Of a DNA stretch of 64,000 nucleotides, positions 23,457 to 36,919 are shown in pieces. Under the pieces are notes generated by a model. The model was not told the origin of the DNA and made no database searches. It saw only the letters and a program-made list of their open reading frames with translations. The first letter of the stretch is position 1. Each line of letters opens with the position of its first letter. The translations under genes and the position numbers were made by a program. This DNA comes from Azolla caroliniana (Eukaryota > Plantae > Polypodiophyta), in NCBI GenBank assembly GCA_043228905.1, contig JBHGNT010000006.1:10168001-10232000 (forward strand), in the 5' to 3' direction.

Positions 23457-25216
23457 CAACATGGAACTTGGTCCGAATCTGATATGTCACATTTCTAAAA
23501 AGAAACTATCATACCATAGGCATTGACTTACAACTGCACTTGACCAGTGGCATGTCCTTATCGTATCCCTTCATGGAAGAGCCACAATGAGCTCCAAACA
23601 AAGTAACACTTTGTCTATCTTACTAGGGTTGTCAGCATTAACCCACAAGTAAGTCAAAGAATAGTCTAGCAAAGAATTGACGATTGCAATATTAAAACAC
23701 ACCGAACGGCAATTACAAGATGAAAGACCGGCATGGAAATCATCACATGGCACCGCATGTGTGGCCAGGGAAATACACAATCAAATCTGTACCTTAGTAT
23801 TTGTGAAAGTTTTAATCTTTTCAAACTGCCGACAAATTCAACAAAAATAACGCCTAAAGTTTCAGCACTTTCCACACAGATTTTTCAGCTTTTCTTACTG
23901 GGCTAATTAAAATCTAGAATAGTATAGCCCAGCACCAGTTTCATACAGCTGCAATATTGTGGCAATTTTATTTTACAACAATATAATATATGCAAAATAA
24001 AATCTAGTATACAACTACACAATATCTTTGTGCTATTGATAATCAATTTGTCAAGCTCTTCGGGAGAGAACTCATTATAATGTGCAACATCCTAGCCATG
24101 CAGTAGACACTACACAATGCAACAAAAGATGGCTTTCTGCCTATCTCTGTATTGACAGCATTACTGTAAAAACTCCCTATAGGATATTTTCAGCAATGCT
24201 AACATATCATCTACATTTGAGAAATCATAACCTTCCATACTTGTAACAAAGAAATTAGAAACAACAGAAATCAAAGGATAGAGATAAAGAGTGCAACCTG
24301 CTTCTCCGATTAGATTATGTGTAAGTCTGTCAACATAACCACAACAATTTCAAGGTTTAGCACTTTAAAAAAGAAGCCTACATATACCATCGTGTATATA
24401 TCAATTAAAAGAGCATAACTTCATCATAGACACAACTTTCAGTTGACACATAAATGTAGTCACCAAAACTGACTAGTTTCATTGTAACCATAACAATCAA
24501 TTTTCAGTTAGTCCATGGAAAGAAGAGGTCGACTTAAACCATATATACAATAACTCCACATTAATTTACTCTTAACAGTTGTAACAAAGAGAATCCTGTC
24601 TAGATCATACATATGGCAACAAGAAAATCGTTATTCCATCTGACAATTCCAAGTTTGCATTCAAAATAAAGAATGTCTAGCAAGATTGATTCATACATAT
24701 ATCAACTATAAAAGGTTAATTGCATCATATAAACAAGACGTTGCAGTTAGCAATTGAATCAAATAACTCTATCTGTGTCAAAAAAAATAGGAACTAAAAA
24801 TGCCAAACTTCTGAGACGTCACATCGGCATATTGCTACTTTCAAAAGAATTCCATGACAGGAAAGAAATCTTAATTCCCTGATAAGAAAGGCAAATTCAT
24901 GAATGATACGATCAGCCTTTGGATCCTGAAAGAGGATTGACATAGAACATTGAAAAGAATCGCACCTAGACCATACATATAGCAACTAAAACGTCAAATT
25001 TCGGATATATGGATGATGAAAACCTCTCAAAAATGGCTCAGGGAAAAGCTACTTCAAGTAGTGGAGGGTTCCACGAAAAGTAGATCTGATCAGCCTTTGG
25101 TTTCAAAAAATCAAATCAAATCGGAAGTATAGTAATCAAGCAAGAAAAAAAAGAAAAAAAGAGAGACAGAAAGAGACCAAAAAAAAAAAAAATAGAGAGA
25201 GAGAGTGAGAGATTAC

Positions 25217-25370
25217 CATGGCAAGATGTGGAACAGATCTTCAAAATGCAAACCCTAGCAATGTAGCAGAAAAGGAGGGAGGGAGGGAGCTCCCATTGTA
25301 GTCGTCGGAATCATTCCCAGGACTGATGATCTCCGGTGGGTGGGTGGGTGGGTGGGTGGGTGGGTGGGTT
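25217..25370 (-). other. Putative non-coding first exon / promoter-proximal region of TRS120 (5' UTR intron ~25216-20385)
   Basis: ATG|GTAATC donor followed by CT/T-rich sequence, a pyrimidine-rich exon, a telo-box-like AAACCCTAG, and acceptor TTTTTGAACAG at 20385. Not confirmed by transcript data. Confidence 0.5.
25338..25369 (+). repeat. (GGGT)8 microsatellite, G-quadruplex-capable
   Basis: Eight GGG tracts with 1-nt loops. Confidence 0.9.
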
Positions 25371-26691
25371 ACGTGTAGATACTAGAAACCATGTACATAT
25401 TGGGCGGACGGGCTCCCAACTTGTAGGAGCACGAGTGAGGCTTTGTGCGGGAAAGACGAATGAGGTAAGGTAAGGTAAGGTCTATCCGAGGAGGTGGCCG
25501 TGACACCTGCCTCGTCCAGAGCCATCCATGAGAGCCACTCGAGATGTGCAACGTCTTCAATTTTTGGCTCGTGAATTTTTTATCAACCTAATCGACTTTC
25601 TGCGATAGGCTTTACCTCTTGTTCTAATAGCCCATGTAGCTCTCTACTTTTGTCCCGCCTCTAGTGGGACCACGGTTCTACTTCGTACGATACATGTGGC
25701 TAATGAGTCCTGAAGCATGGAATTCTTGAGTTGTAGTTGCTGCAAAGTGAATGTTATTTGGCTAAGGTCACTAACATGGTTTCGAGTGGGAGGGGAGTAG
25801 TAGATCAAACTATCATGCATGTTTGACAAATGTGTGTGCATCGTATGCGTGGATGTTAAATGGATGTGAAAAAAAGGATTAGAGAGGGTGTGGAAATGTT
25901 ACATAGATTTTTCCAAAGGTTGTTGAGCAATGCAATTAGTGACTAACACTTTCAACGTCGCATAGTGACGCATTTTGGAAAAAAAGGAGGGCGCCAATAA
26001 CCCCCTTATTATAGTAGTGTAAATATTCACAAATAATTTGTCTTATAGACTTAAGGTTACAAGAGGTCTCCATCTCACACACACTAATGCATGATCGTTA
26101 AATGAAATGCTTCCATGTTCAAAGGTGGCAAGTATGCATGTGTCTAACTATGCTCTACAATTATTGATTAATGAAATCTTACGGTTCAACACCAATCTTC
26201 ACTGTATTCTTGCGATTTTGTTCTTCTTGTTAGCATAAATACATTCTCCTCTTATTCTTTCCATTCTAGCTTGTCCTCAACTACAACCGTAACATCAAGA
26301 CTTGGGCACTAACACATTGGGATGGTCTAATTTGATGACAAGAATATCATCACTAAAACTTCGAACCCAAGCCACGATGTGAACCAAGAGAAGGATGGTG
26401 ATGATGGGAAGATGAATGACAACAAGAAGGCTGAACTAGACGATTGGAATAGACATGTGCAAGATAAAGATCGGATGGAAGGGTATAACTTGAGGGGAGT
26501 TCCTCTAGAAATAGCTAATATGTTGAGATGAATAGATCAAGCAAAGATAATGAATGAGGATATGGGAGGAGAATGATCTCACAAAAGATTGGAAAGAAGA
26601 CAATGATAGGGACGACATAAACAGAAATGTGCAAATCGTGCATATGAGACTATCGCCCACACTAAGATGATAGACTATTGAAGCACGATAT

Positions 26692-29600
26692 TGTTGAATA
26701 CGGGCTTCTAATGGACGTATTCACACCGTCTCCTTTTGTACACACTAGGCTTAGGCTATTTATGTAAATAGTGAGAAGGGCAGTTGCCCTAAGTCAGTCA
26801 GTATATAAACTGACTTTGTAACCTAGTTAGTGTTGTTGCTTTAAGTTGTAATATACTCTTTACATTGTGCCTAACTGTCTCTCTCTCTTTGGCGTACTAG
26901 TTGTTTTATTTTCTGTCGTTGCTACTATAAAAGTTACGATCTTGTATCCACTAATGATCATATAAGCGCTTATAAAAGAAGAGTGACGGTCTTGTTCCGC
27001 ATTAGATGACGGTGATCCCAACATTTGGCATTAGAGCTTGGTATTGTTTGATTCTGTTGCTGCCATCTATCTAACCTCCATCGACAACTCTTCTCTTGTA
27101 CACCTTGAAGATCTCGATTGAGTACTCCTCGTGAAATTACATTTGACGAAGAGAAACAACTAAAGGTCTGCACTCCACTGTTCGAAATCACCCTTGAAGT
27201 AAGTCTATCAATTGTACTTCGACTCCGTGATTGTTGTTGCTCGAAGTGAGACCCTTCTCTTGATCAGGTCACATCTATGCCTCACTCGGTTAGCCAAAAA
27301 TCGAATAGGTCATCTAACGAGTACTTCCTTACTTGTCGTAATCACTCGAAGCAAACACGACTCCAATAGGCTTTGTCCCTCTCATCGTTGCAATTACCCG
27401 AAACAGGATCGGTTTGGAAAATTGCACATAATTCCTGTTGGGAAATCTCGGAAAATCGACATTCGAATTCGAACAATCAAATCCAGGTTCAACTTGACTA
27501 AGTCAGTTGACAATAGTCACTCCAAACAGGATTCATCGATATTCGTAATCAATATGATTTGTGTCCAACTTCGGCTAGAACGGCATCGAGTGAGCCAAGC
27601 TGTTGCACTCCATCACAGTTCGTAGCTAACTCCGAACAAAGTCTATTATACCAACACAAATGGCTTCAACATCCAGCTCATCAGAGATGAGTCTAAGGAA
27701 GTTCAATGGATCGAACTTCAACTTCTGGAAGGAGCAGATGCAGAATGAAGACCCTCCAGAAGGATACAAGTCACTTGAATGGGAAAAGCTCGACAGAATC
27801 GTCTGAGCCACCATTCGGATGCACCTATCGGAGTCTGTGTACTTCACGGTGCAATCATGTTCGACTGTCTTCCAACTATGGAAAACACTTTCGGACACTT
27901 TCGGAAAGAAAGTTGCCGCCACCAAGATATACCTGATTCGGCGCCTTTATAACCTTCGGATGAAAGAGTCCGACTCGGTCCAAGCACACTTGAATGAGTA
28001 CGAAAGCTTAAGCTCCCAAATTTCGGCCCAGGGGACAATTATCGAGGATGAACTAAAAGCAATGTTGCTTATGAGTAGTCTCCCTCCTTCGTGGGAAACT
28101 TTTGTTACAACCGTGTGCAATGGGTCGACAGCTACCGTCAAGTACTCCTCAGTCATGAGTGCAATTCTGACTAAAGCAGCTCGGAGAAAATTGTTTGCTA
28201 ACGATTCAGCCAACAACGCTTACGTAGTACAAGGTTCGACTGACCGATCAAATAGTCATGGAAGAAACTCTTCACGGCAGCCGAACAATCAGCGAAGTCA
28301 GAGCAAGTCCTGGGATAATCGAGTCTACAACGACTGCAAGAAACCCGGACACATCAAAGCCGATTGTCATGCACGCAAGGCTAAAAATGATAAGGCTTAG
28401 TGAGCCGAGCAGAAGAATGGCCGACACGAGGAGATCAACTACATCGGCTCTTCGGCCGAAGTATTGATAAACAACCCGAATATACTATCAATTGAGAACC
28501 CATTCGAATTAGAAGTTCTACTTACGATTGAAGAATCGAGCACGTGGCTCTTAGATTCAGGTGTATCCTTTCATGTGACTCCTCATCGATCCCAGTTTCG
28601 GCAATACACGGCCCGACATTCCGACTTAGTTCGGGTAGGAAATTCGCAACATTGCAACATAATTGGAATCGGCACGATAGAGCTCAACCTTGCGTGTGGC
28701 GCTACATTAGTACTATGCAATGTCCGACACATACCTGAGCTCTCACAACCACTGATCTCAGTTGGACAATTGGATGAAGTCGGCATCTGTGTTGGCTTCT
28801 CATCAGGAGGGTGGACGCTCCACAGAGGGAACCTCCTGCTTGCTCAAGGACCGAAGATACACTCATTGTATCCTTTGCACGTCACACTCCGAGAGGGCAC
28901 GGATGACTCAGACACCTCAGCAAGGTCGGCATCACGCACTTATCTAGAGCCAGATACATCCCCAAACTCTCCTTCTCAGATCATCAGTTCTACGAGCATT
29001 GCCAATACGGCAAGAAAATAGTTGTAACACACCCTTCATCTGCCCCGATAGAATCTAGTCCACTCGATTTGGTCCACTCGGACGTATGTGGTCCTATGCC
29101 ACATCAATCTCTTGGTGGTGCTTTGTATTTCACCAGCTTCATTGATGACTCGACGCAGAAGGTGTCGACTTATTCGATCAAAACCAAAGATCGTGTTTTC
29201 TCGATCTTTTCCGATTGGCTTGCCATGGTTGAGAATCAGTCCGGCCGAAAACTTAAAAGCTTTCAGTTCAATAACGGGGGAGAGTTCAAATCAAAGGAAT
29301 TCGTCAAAATTTGCCGACAACGCGGCATACGATGTGAATTTACGGCACCTCATAGTCCAGAGCAAAATGGAATTGCCGAGCAAATGAATTGGACAATTCA
29401 AGAACGGATAGTTTCCATAATACTCCAACACTCCAGACTGTCAGATGGCTTTTGGGCAGAGGCCCTACTTACGGCAGTACACATAATCAATATGTCACCG
29501 ACTAGGCATCTAGGAATTCAGATACCTCAAGAATTATGGACCAGCAGTAAGCCGAAATACGACAAGCTGAGGATTTTCGGATGTGAGGCGTATGCCCTTG

Positions 29601-31922
29601 TCCTGAAAGATGATTGCCGCAAACTTGCACCACGGTCCAGGAAATCTATTTTCCTCGGTTATGGAATGGATGGCGAAATGGGATACCGACTCTAGGACCC
29701 CAAACACAGACAGATCGTCTGAAGTTCGAATGTCGTGTTCAATGAGTTGGCCATGCATCAATCGGTCGAAAAGCCGATTGAAGTCCGAAGGGTAATTTTT
29801 CCAATGTGCCAACCCTTCACGAAGGCCCAACGCACAACACACAGTCAGCTTCACGAGTGGCTGAACCTTCAAACACCGACTCGGAGACTTTCGACTCGGC
29901 ACAACCGAACGATTCGGCTTTCGACCATCCGATCACGACTCCCAATGCTACTAGTCCAGTCATACCTCAAAGATCCGAGAGACTGTCGCAACCCCCGGAG
30001 AGATACTCTCCTGGCATCTTCTTTACGGACGTTGGAGAACCGACGTCATACAAAGAAGCATTGGTGTCAACCGATTCGGCCACCTGGCATTTGGCGATGG
30101 AGTGCGAAATGAACTCCATTCATGCAAACAAGACTTGGGATCTAGTCGAATTACTAAAAAATCGACGCGCTCTTCCGTGTAAGTGGATTTGTCGAATTAA
30201 GGAGACGTATGATTCAGCCAAGCCAAAATTCAAAGCCAGATTAGTAGCAAAGGGTTTTTGACAGGAACACGTCGTTGATTTTGACGAAATGTTTTCGCCA
30301 GTGTTGAAAATGACCACCCTTCGCTTTATGCTCGGCGTAGTGGCAACCGAAAATTTGGAGTTGATTTAGCTAGATGTCAAAACGGCTTTCCTCCACGGTG
30401 ATCTTGAGGAGGAAATTTATATGGAGCAGCCGAAAGGCTTTGTGGCATCCGGCCAAGAACATCTAGTCGATCGACTCAGGAAGAGTCTTTACGGCCTGAA
30501 ACAAGTGCCGCGACAGTGGTACAAGAAGTTCGACGACTTTATCCAATCGATCAGCTTCTCAAAGAGCGATGAGGACCACTGTCTCTTCACGGAAACAGCT
30601 CGAGATGGATCACCCATCTTCCTCATCATCTACGTAGACGACATGCTAATCTCTGAACGCTATGCTGGAAAACTAGCCGAACTCGTTCGGCAACTGTGGT
30701 TGAAGTTTTCCATGAAGGATCTCGATCCGGCACAACACATTCTTGGTATGAAGATAAGTCGGAATCGTAATCAACGACAATTGTTTCTATCCCAGTCCGA
30801 CTACATTGGACGTGTCCTCGAACGCTTCAATATGCAATCGGCGAAATTTGCCTCTACCCCGTTCCCTATTCATACTCGGCTATCTCAGTGAGACTGCCCG
30901 ACATCCAGTCCGGAGGGGGAAATTAGAAGTCGGTACCGTATGCACCGACAGTTGGCTCCCTAATGTACGTGATGGTCGCGACACGGCCAGATATCGCTCA
31001 CATCGTTGGAGTCGTCAGCATATTTATGCATAATGCCGGCCGATCACACTGGAACGCAGTCAAGCATGTGTTTAGATATCTGGTGGTCACAAAAGACCTT
31101 GGTATTGTATTCGGCCCAAATCACATCTTAGGCGTAGTCAGTTATATCTACTCTGAGTTTGCGGGCTGCATAGACAGTCATAAATCAACAACCGGATATT
31201 GTTTCAAATTCAGTAATGGAGCCATCTCATGACCGAGGCCGAATATGTAGCCGCATTCGATACGGCGAACGAGGCCTTGAGAAGGTTGGCTTGCACGTTT
31301 CAACAAGTCGAAATTGGCTCGGCTCCAATTGTGTACAATGACAGTCAAGGTGTTGTTGCTCTGTCGAAAAATCCGGTTCATCACAACGCCTCCAAGCATA
31401 TTGATGTTCGATATCATTTCGTTCGGGATTGTGTCATTTCAGGGAAAATCGGCCTTGAGAAGGTACCTACAGCCGATAACATTGCGGATGCAATGACCAA
31501 GTGTCTCCGGGCGGATTGATTTCGATCCCTTCGGCATCGAATGGGCGTAATGAAGAATCGGTCTGATTAAATCGAACACTCAGGACATTTCTTGGACAAT
31601 AGACCTGGATAGTTTGAACTTCGGCTTCAGTCTCTCCAAACTCGGCCAACACGGCCTTCTGCTCTTCGGAGTTCTCCGACTCATACGAATGCTCGATTGT
31701 TCGTAAACCTTGTATCAATTTGTATTATACATTCATTTCGGTCTACAGATTTCAGATGTATACACCCATTACAAGGGAGTGTTGAATATGGGCTTCTAAT
31801 GGACGTATTCACATCGTCTCCTTTTGTACACACTAGGCTTAGGCTATTTATATAAATAGTGAGAATGGCAGTTGCCCTAAGTCAGTCAGTATATAAACTG
31901 ACTTTGTAACCTAGTTAATGTT
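26692..31922 (+). mobile_element. Ty1/Copia element B (defective gag-pol); 5' LTR 26692-27023, 3' LTR 31780-31922 truncated by Copia C
   Basis: LTRs start TGTTGAATA. Degenerate tRNA-iMet PBS TGGCATTAGAGC at 27026-27037. Motifs: gag LYNLRMKESDSV and CKKPGHIKADC, PR WLLDSGVSFH, INT VHSDVCGP, RT KARLVAKGF and YVDDML, RH SKHIDVRYHF. PPT AAGGGAG. Many stops and small deletions. Confidence 0.93.
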
Positions 31923-32005
31923 TGTAAAAAGAATAATGTGCAGAAGCAATAAAAAACTGAACACAGAAACGCAAGTTTAATGGAGAGCTTGGACACACAA
32001 TACGC

Positions 32006-32007
<2 letters not shown>

Positions 32008-32060
<53 letters not shown>
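32008..32060. repeat. (GA)n microsatellite within Copia C LTR
   Basis: About 26 GA units. Other (GA/CT)n tracts at ~7407, ~7862, ~10116 and 20412-20447. Confidence 0.95.
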
Positions 32061-32064
<4 letters not shown>

Positions 32065-32732
32065 CACACAAATGCAATTAAAAAATAATACATAGTCTGT
32101 ACATAGGATGTGCTCAACAAGCACTTTTATACAAGTCCATACGGACTAACAGAAGTACTGACACGTACTTCAATGCTCATAAATGAGCTCTACAATAACT
32201 CCCAAAATATATTCCTATGCGGAATATCTTTCCAACGGCCTCGCGGTTTACGCACCACTACGGCTTCTTGTTGCGCACCGGTTTACGCAGCCAATTTACG
32301 CACCAGTCCGGCCTAACCGATCAGTCCCAACCGATCCGGTGTCGTGAAGATCCATCACTACGCGCGGATCATGAGGCGGAACCGCCGGGGTTCTAGACCA
32401 GAAGGATTTAGAGTCGATACAAGCTTTGGCGAGAAAGTACTTAAGATAGATTGGGAAAGAGAGAAGTTGAGATTACACGATTGATTTGATAACGAATTTC
32501 TTCCTCTTTATTTTCATAAAAAACCGTGTTTTTTTCTCCTCCCCCTTCCCTCTTTTATAGATGCTCTCATGCATATGATGCATGTGAGGGTACAAGACAT
32601 GCATAAATTGCATGTTTGCCATTTGGCGCTTAAGTATTACATGTGGTGCATGCTAACCATGTCACTCATTTTAGCTCTCATGTACGAGAATTTACATGTA
32701 AAAGTACAATGATAGAAATATAATTTTAACTA

Positions 32733-32802
32733 AATAGCATGGCTTAATGGTAAGCCAATTGACTCCTAACTTGGAGGTGCAAGGTTCAAATCCATACTTG
32801 CC
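32733..32802 (+). other. tRNA-like module with Pol III A and B boxes in Gypsy-1 3' LTR (same in 5' LTR at ~39631-39700)
   Basis: A box TGGCTTAATGG (32740-32750) and B box GGTTCAAATCC (32783-32793) at tRNA spacing. D-arm hairpin GGCTT-AATGGT-AAGCC. Anticodon and acceptor stems do not pair. Confidence 0.7.
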
Positions 32803-35800
32803 CTCCTTGTATATGTAAATATGTATATATATTTATATATTTATTTTATTTAGTCGCCGGACGCCAATTCGCCGGATGCCGCCGCCGGATACCGTCGGTC
32901 GCCGGTGCCGCCGGATACCGTCGGTCGCCGGTGCCGCCGGATGCCGTCGGTTACTGGTGACGCCGCCGGATACCGGTGCCGCATGCCGCCGCTGGATTGC
33001 GGTCGGATGCCGTCGGATCACCGGCTCCATGGCCGGTCCGGTTTTGGTTGGCCAAAACCCTTTACGAGTAGCTAGCCACCTCCATTCTTAGTTCAAGTTA
33101 CCTTGAACTCTCTATGCTCCACACATAGACACAAAGATAATATCTTTTGCTCCACCTTATATATGATGAGAGCCGTATTTGTCGTGCCTATGTGGGATAT
33201 CTCACAATTTTCTCTTTTCTTTTCACAAACTTTATACCCTCATATCTTGACATTTAGTTGTCCATTTCTCGTGTAATAAAGTGCATTCGAAACCTCCATC
33301 ATTTTGTACTTAGATATTAAAAATGTTATCTTCACAATTATTGTATTACGTGATTCATACTCGATTTCGTACGTTTTATGGGATTTTCACACTATTTTCG
33401 AAAATCTTCACGACATCCACCCCCACCAAACCGCACGTCCTCCGGTACGTGCCAAGAAGAGAAGAAGTGAGATTTCGGCTACGATGATCAATTAGATTCC
33501 TCCATGTCTTCATTTTCATCCGGCCTATTATGTTCATCGTCGAGGTAATCGAGGTCAGGATCCTTGTCTTGTCTTTTCTTGAAAAGCTTTACTCTTTTTC
33601 CCGCAATGGGTACGGCCAACCTTGATCCGTCTAGTTCCGCAATGTGGTATGTGGCATTATCGTTGGCACTTGTCACCACATACGGCCCGAACCATCTTCT
33701 TGCGAACTTCCTTGTTGTACTATGTTGATTGTCAAGGGTGTTGTCGTAAACCAAAACCCAATCCCCTTCTTCAATCTTCTTGGGACGAAGTCGATGCGTG
33801 TTGTTGAACCGAACTTTGTTCTTTACTCGGGCTGCCTTCATCATCTTTCGCGCTTTTTCTAAATCTTCCGGTCTTCTTTCAAGTTGCCTTATCCGCGCCG
33901 CTAATAACTCTTCTCGGCTCATCTCGTTCTCCCACGGTATCGCTACCCATGAGACGATCATCCTTTCGATGGGCATAATCGGCTTTTGTCCATACATAAG
34001 CTCCGTCGGCATATACCCTGTCACCGAGTTATGTGTCGTTCTATCGGCCCACAAGGCATAGGGTAATAGTCGTGGCCAATTCCCGACTCAACCGTTGCAT
34101 GCCCGTACGATGGCTTTAACGATAGGTCCATGCCCTCGCTCGATCTTCCCATTTGCTTCCGGATTGTAGGCAGTCGTGAGGGAGAGCTTCACGCCTAGTC
34201 TTTCGAAGAGCTCCGTCGCTTCGTGCGCGTCCAACTCCCCTCGGTCGGCCACTATCTTCCCTACACATCCATATCGGCAAACAACATCTTCAAGTAAAAA
34301 TTTACAAACGGCTGAAGTCGTCTTATTTGTCAAGGCTCGTCCTTCCACTTGATTTGTCAAGTCTTCCCTTGCGAGCGCTAAGTACTTCATTTGTCCCACT
34401 CCCATTGGCATCAAGACCAGGTCCACCATCCATTTGAAGTGAATGGTGAGTGGGTATGTCGGCTTTAACTCATCACGATGACGTTTATTTGAATATATTT
34501 GGCAAGTTTCACATGTGGACACGAAATGGAGTACATCTTTATACATGCTTGGCCACCAGTACTTCTCCTTCAATTTTTCGAACGTCGCCCATGTTCCTCT
34601 ATGACCTGCCCAAGAACTCTCGTGGAATTCGGTCATCAACGTCTCTTGCTCTTCTTTCTTTACCACCACTCGACGTGGTATTCCTGTCCTTCTTTTTGGA
34701 TGTCGCCAAAGGAATCCTCCCTTCAAGAAGTATCGATAAGCTTTCTTTCGGATTCGTAGGGCCTCCTCCTTTGTTAATGAAGCATTTGTCGTCAATGTTC
34801 TTAGGAATCTACCGATGAGTAACCACTCTCCTTCGTACTCGTTCTCGTTGAAGGCGTGGAGGGTTTGCGTGTCCTGGTCTTCCGCCGACAATCGAGCCAT
34901 CTTGAAGAAGTCGAGGGCGACATCTTCATCTTCCGAAACCATGTTACTTCCATTTGAAAATCTTGCCCTCGACAGCATGTCAGCCATGGCGTTCTTCTTC
35001 CCTGCGATGTGACGGATCTCTAGGTTTAAAGACTTGATGTAGGCGATCCACCTTAGCATAGCAAGATCTGGGGTCGCACATCCCGAGACCATTCCGAGAA
35101 TTGGGAGACAATCTGTCTCTATTATCACTTCTGACCCAATCAGGTAATCTTTCTCCGTCTTCACTGCCGACACAATACCCCAAAGTTCCCGCTTGACTTG
35201 GGCATATCTTTGCTACCGTTCGCTGAGAACCTTTGCTTCGAACCGGACGGCATATCGCGCATTATCTTCACCTTCTTGATTGATGACCCACCCGATTCCG
35301 GTTGGGCTCGTATCTACGGTCACGTAAATTGGTTTCCCTTCAGCATAGTCGGCCTTCCTTAGTGCCGGAGCTTCAAGAAGCAGTTTCTTTAATCTTCGCA
35401 TCGCCTCTGTGTGCTCGTCTCGCCATTCGAAATTTATTCTTTTCTTTAGTAGTCCATATAACGGTTCAGCGACATGAGCGTAGTGAGGAATCCATATATG
35501 ATAAAACGCGCACGCTCCAAGGAACCTTCGAACCTCCGTTTGGTTTTCACATTCTTCTTTCATGTCTTGGATTGCGTTCACTTTGGATGGCGAGGGCTTC
35601 CGGCCGTATGCTCCACACAAGTGACCTACCACCAAGATCTCCGGTTGCCCGAATGCGGATTTTTCTCCCGAAAATGTCAAATTCACATCTTCGAGCCTTT
35701 GAAGCACCTTCTCGCAATCTTTCATATGATCCGCAACGAACTTTCTACAACCTTCCTTATCTTTCGATTCATCTTTCTCCTCATCCGAACATCCTTTTAT

Positions 35801-36919
35801 CGGAATATCATCCAAGAATGGCATCGTGATGTCCGGAATGCAATCCTTCAAGACTTTATTCATGGCATTCACCATATGAGCCACCGAGTTCGTTGCGCCT
35901 TGGGGTAAGGTACACATCCGCACAAGCCCGATCGGAGTCGTCATGGTTGTAATGTCCCGACTGTCGATTGCCAATTGGAATTGGTCATATCTGGAGTAGA
36001 GATCGCCAATGGAGTAGATGGACCGGCCCGCAAACGCTTCGGCAAATTCGTCCACGCTCGGACCGATTCTGGCATTTCGAATTGTCACCTTGTTGACGGG
36101 TTGAAGATCTTGGATGAATCGCAATGATCCATTCTTCTTCGGCACCGTGAACCACCTATTGGAATAAGGAGCATTCGACGGTTCTAGAATTCCCATACTC
36201 ACCTTCTCCTTTAAGAGCTCAATCAGCTTCGGAAGGTGTGCTCTCGGAACCGGTATCGGTTTCAAGTTCCAAGGCACATGAGGCACCGTGAAGATCACCA
36301 TCGGCTCTATAACCTTTGGGTCGGCGCATCCGATTTCTCGTGGGAAGAATGTGAAAGCCTTCCCATGTCTCTCAAGCATATCGCGAAACATTCGGTCCTC
36401 TTCAGGGAGAAGGAAATTCTCCTTTCCAACTCGTAGCTTCCCCTTCGTCTCTTTGGTGAAGACATGACCTATCTTCTTCGGATCTCTTAAGCTTGGATCG
36501 TTAGCGACTTCCTTCATCTTTTGCCAGCTATCTTCCGGTAGCGGAACCGCAACTGGCTTGATCTTCTTATCCACCGTTTTATATGTCGTGTTGATGTCAG
36601 CTTCCTTCATCGAGATGCCACGACGGTATTCATCGATGATAGCATACATGTTGACGAAGTTAACCGAAATCACGCATTGGTTGTGAAGATAGCTCAAGTC
36701 CACGACATCCTCGATTTCGCCGATGGTGTCGTTAAATGAGGCTTCTTCCATAATATGAGTCACGAACTCCCCTTCTTCTATTATGTTCTCTTCTTTCAGC
36801 ATCTTCTCGAATTCTTGTATCTGGTGCTTGTGCTTCTTTTCGAGTAGTACTAGTTTACATGCGCCACTAGTTGTGACACATGTTGCTTCTCCTTGCAATC
36901 CACGCGCTCTTCTTTCTTG

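Noticed and set aside
32733-32802. Functional tRNA gene (Arg-CCT or Trp)
   Set aside because: Acceptor and anticodon stems do not pair; reported only as a tRNA-like module.
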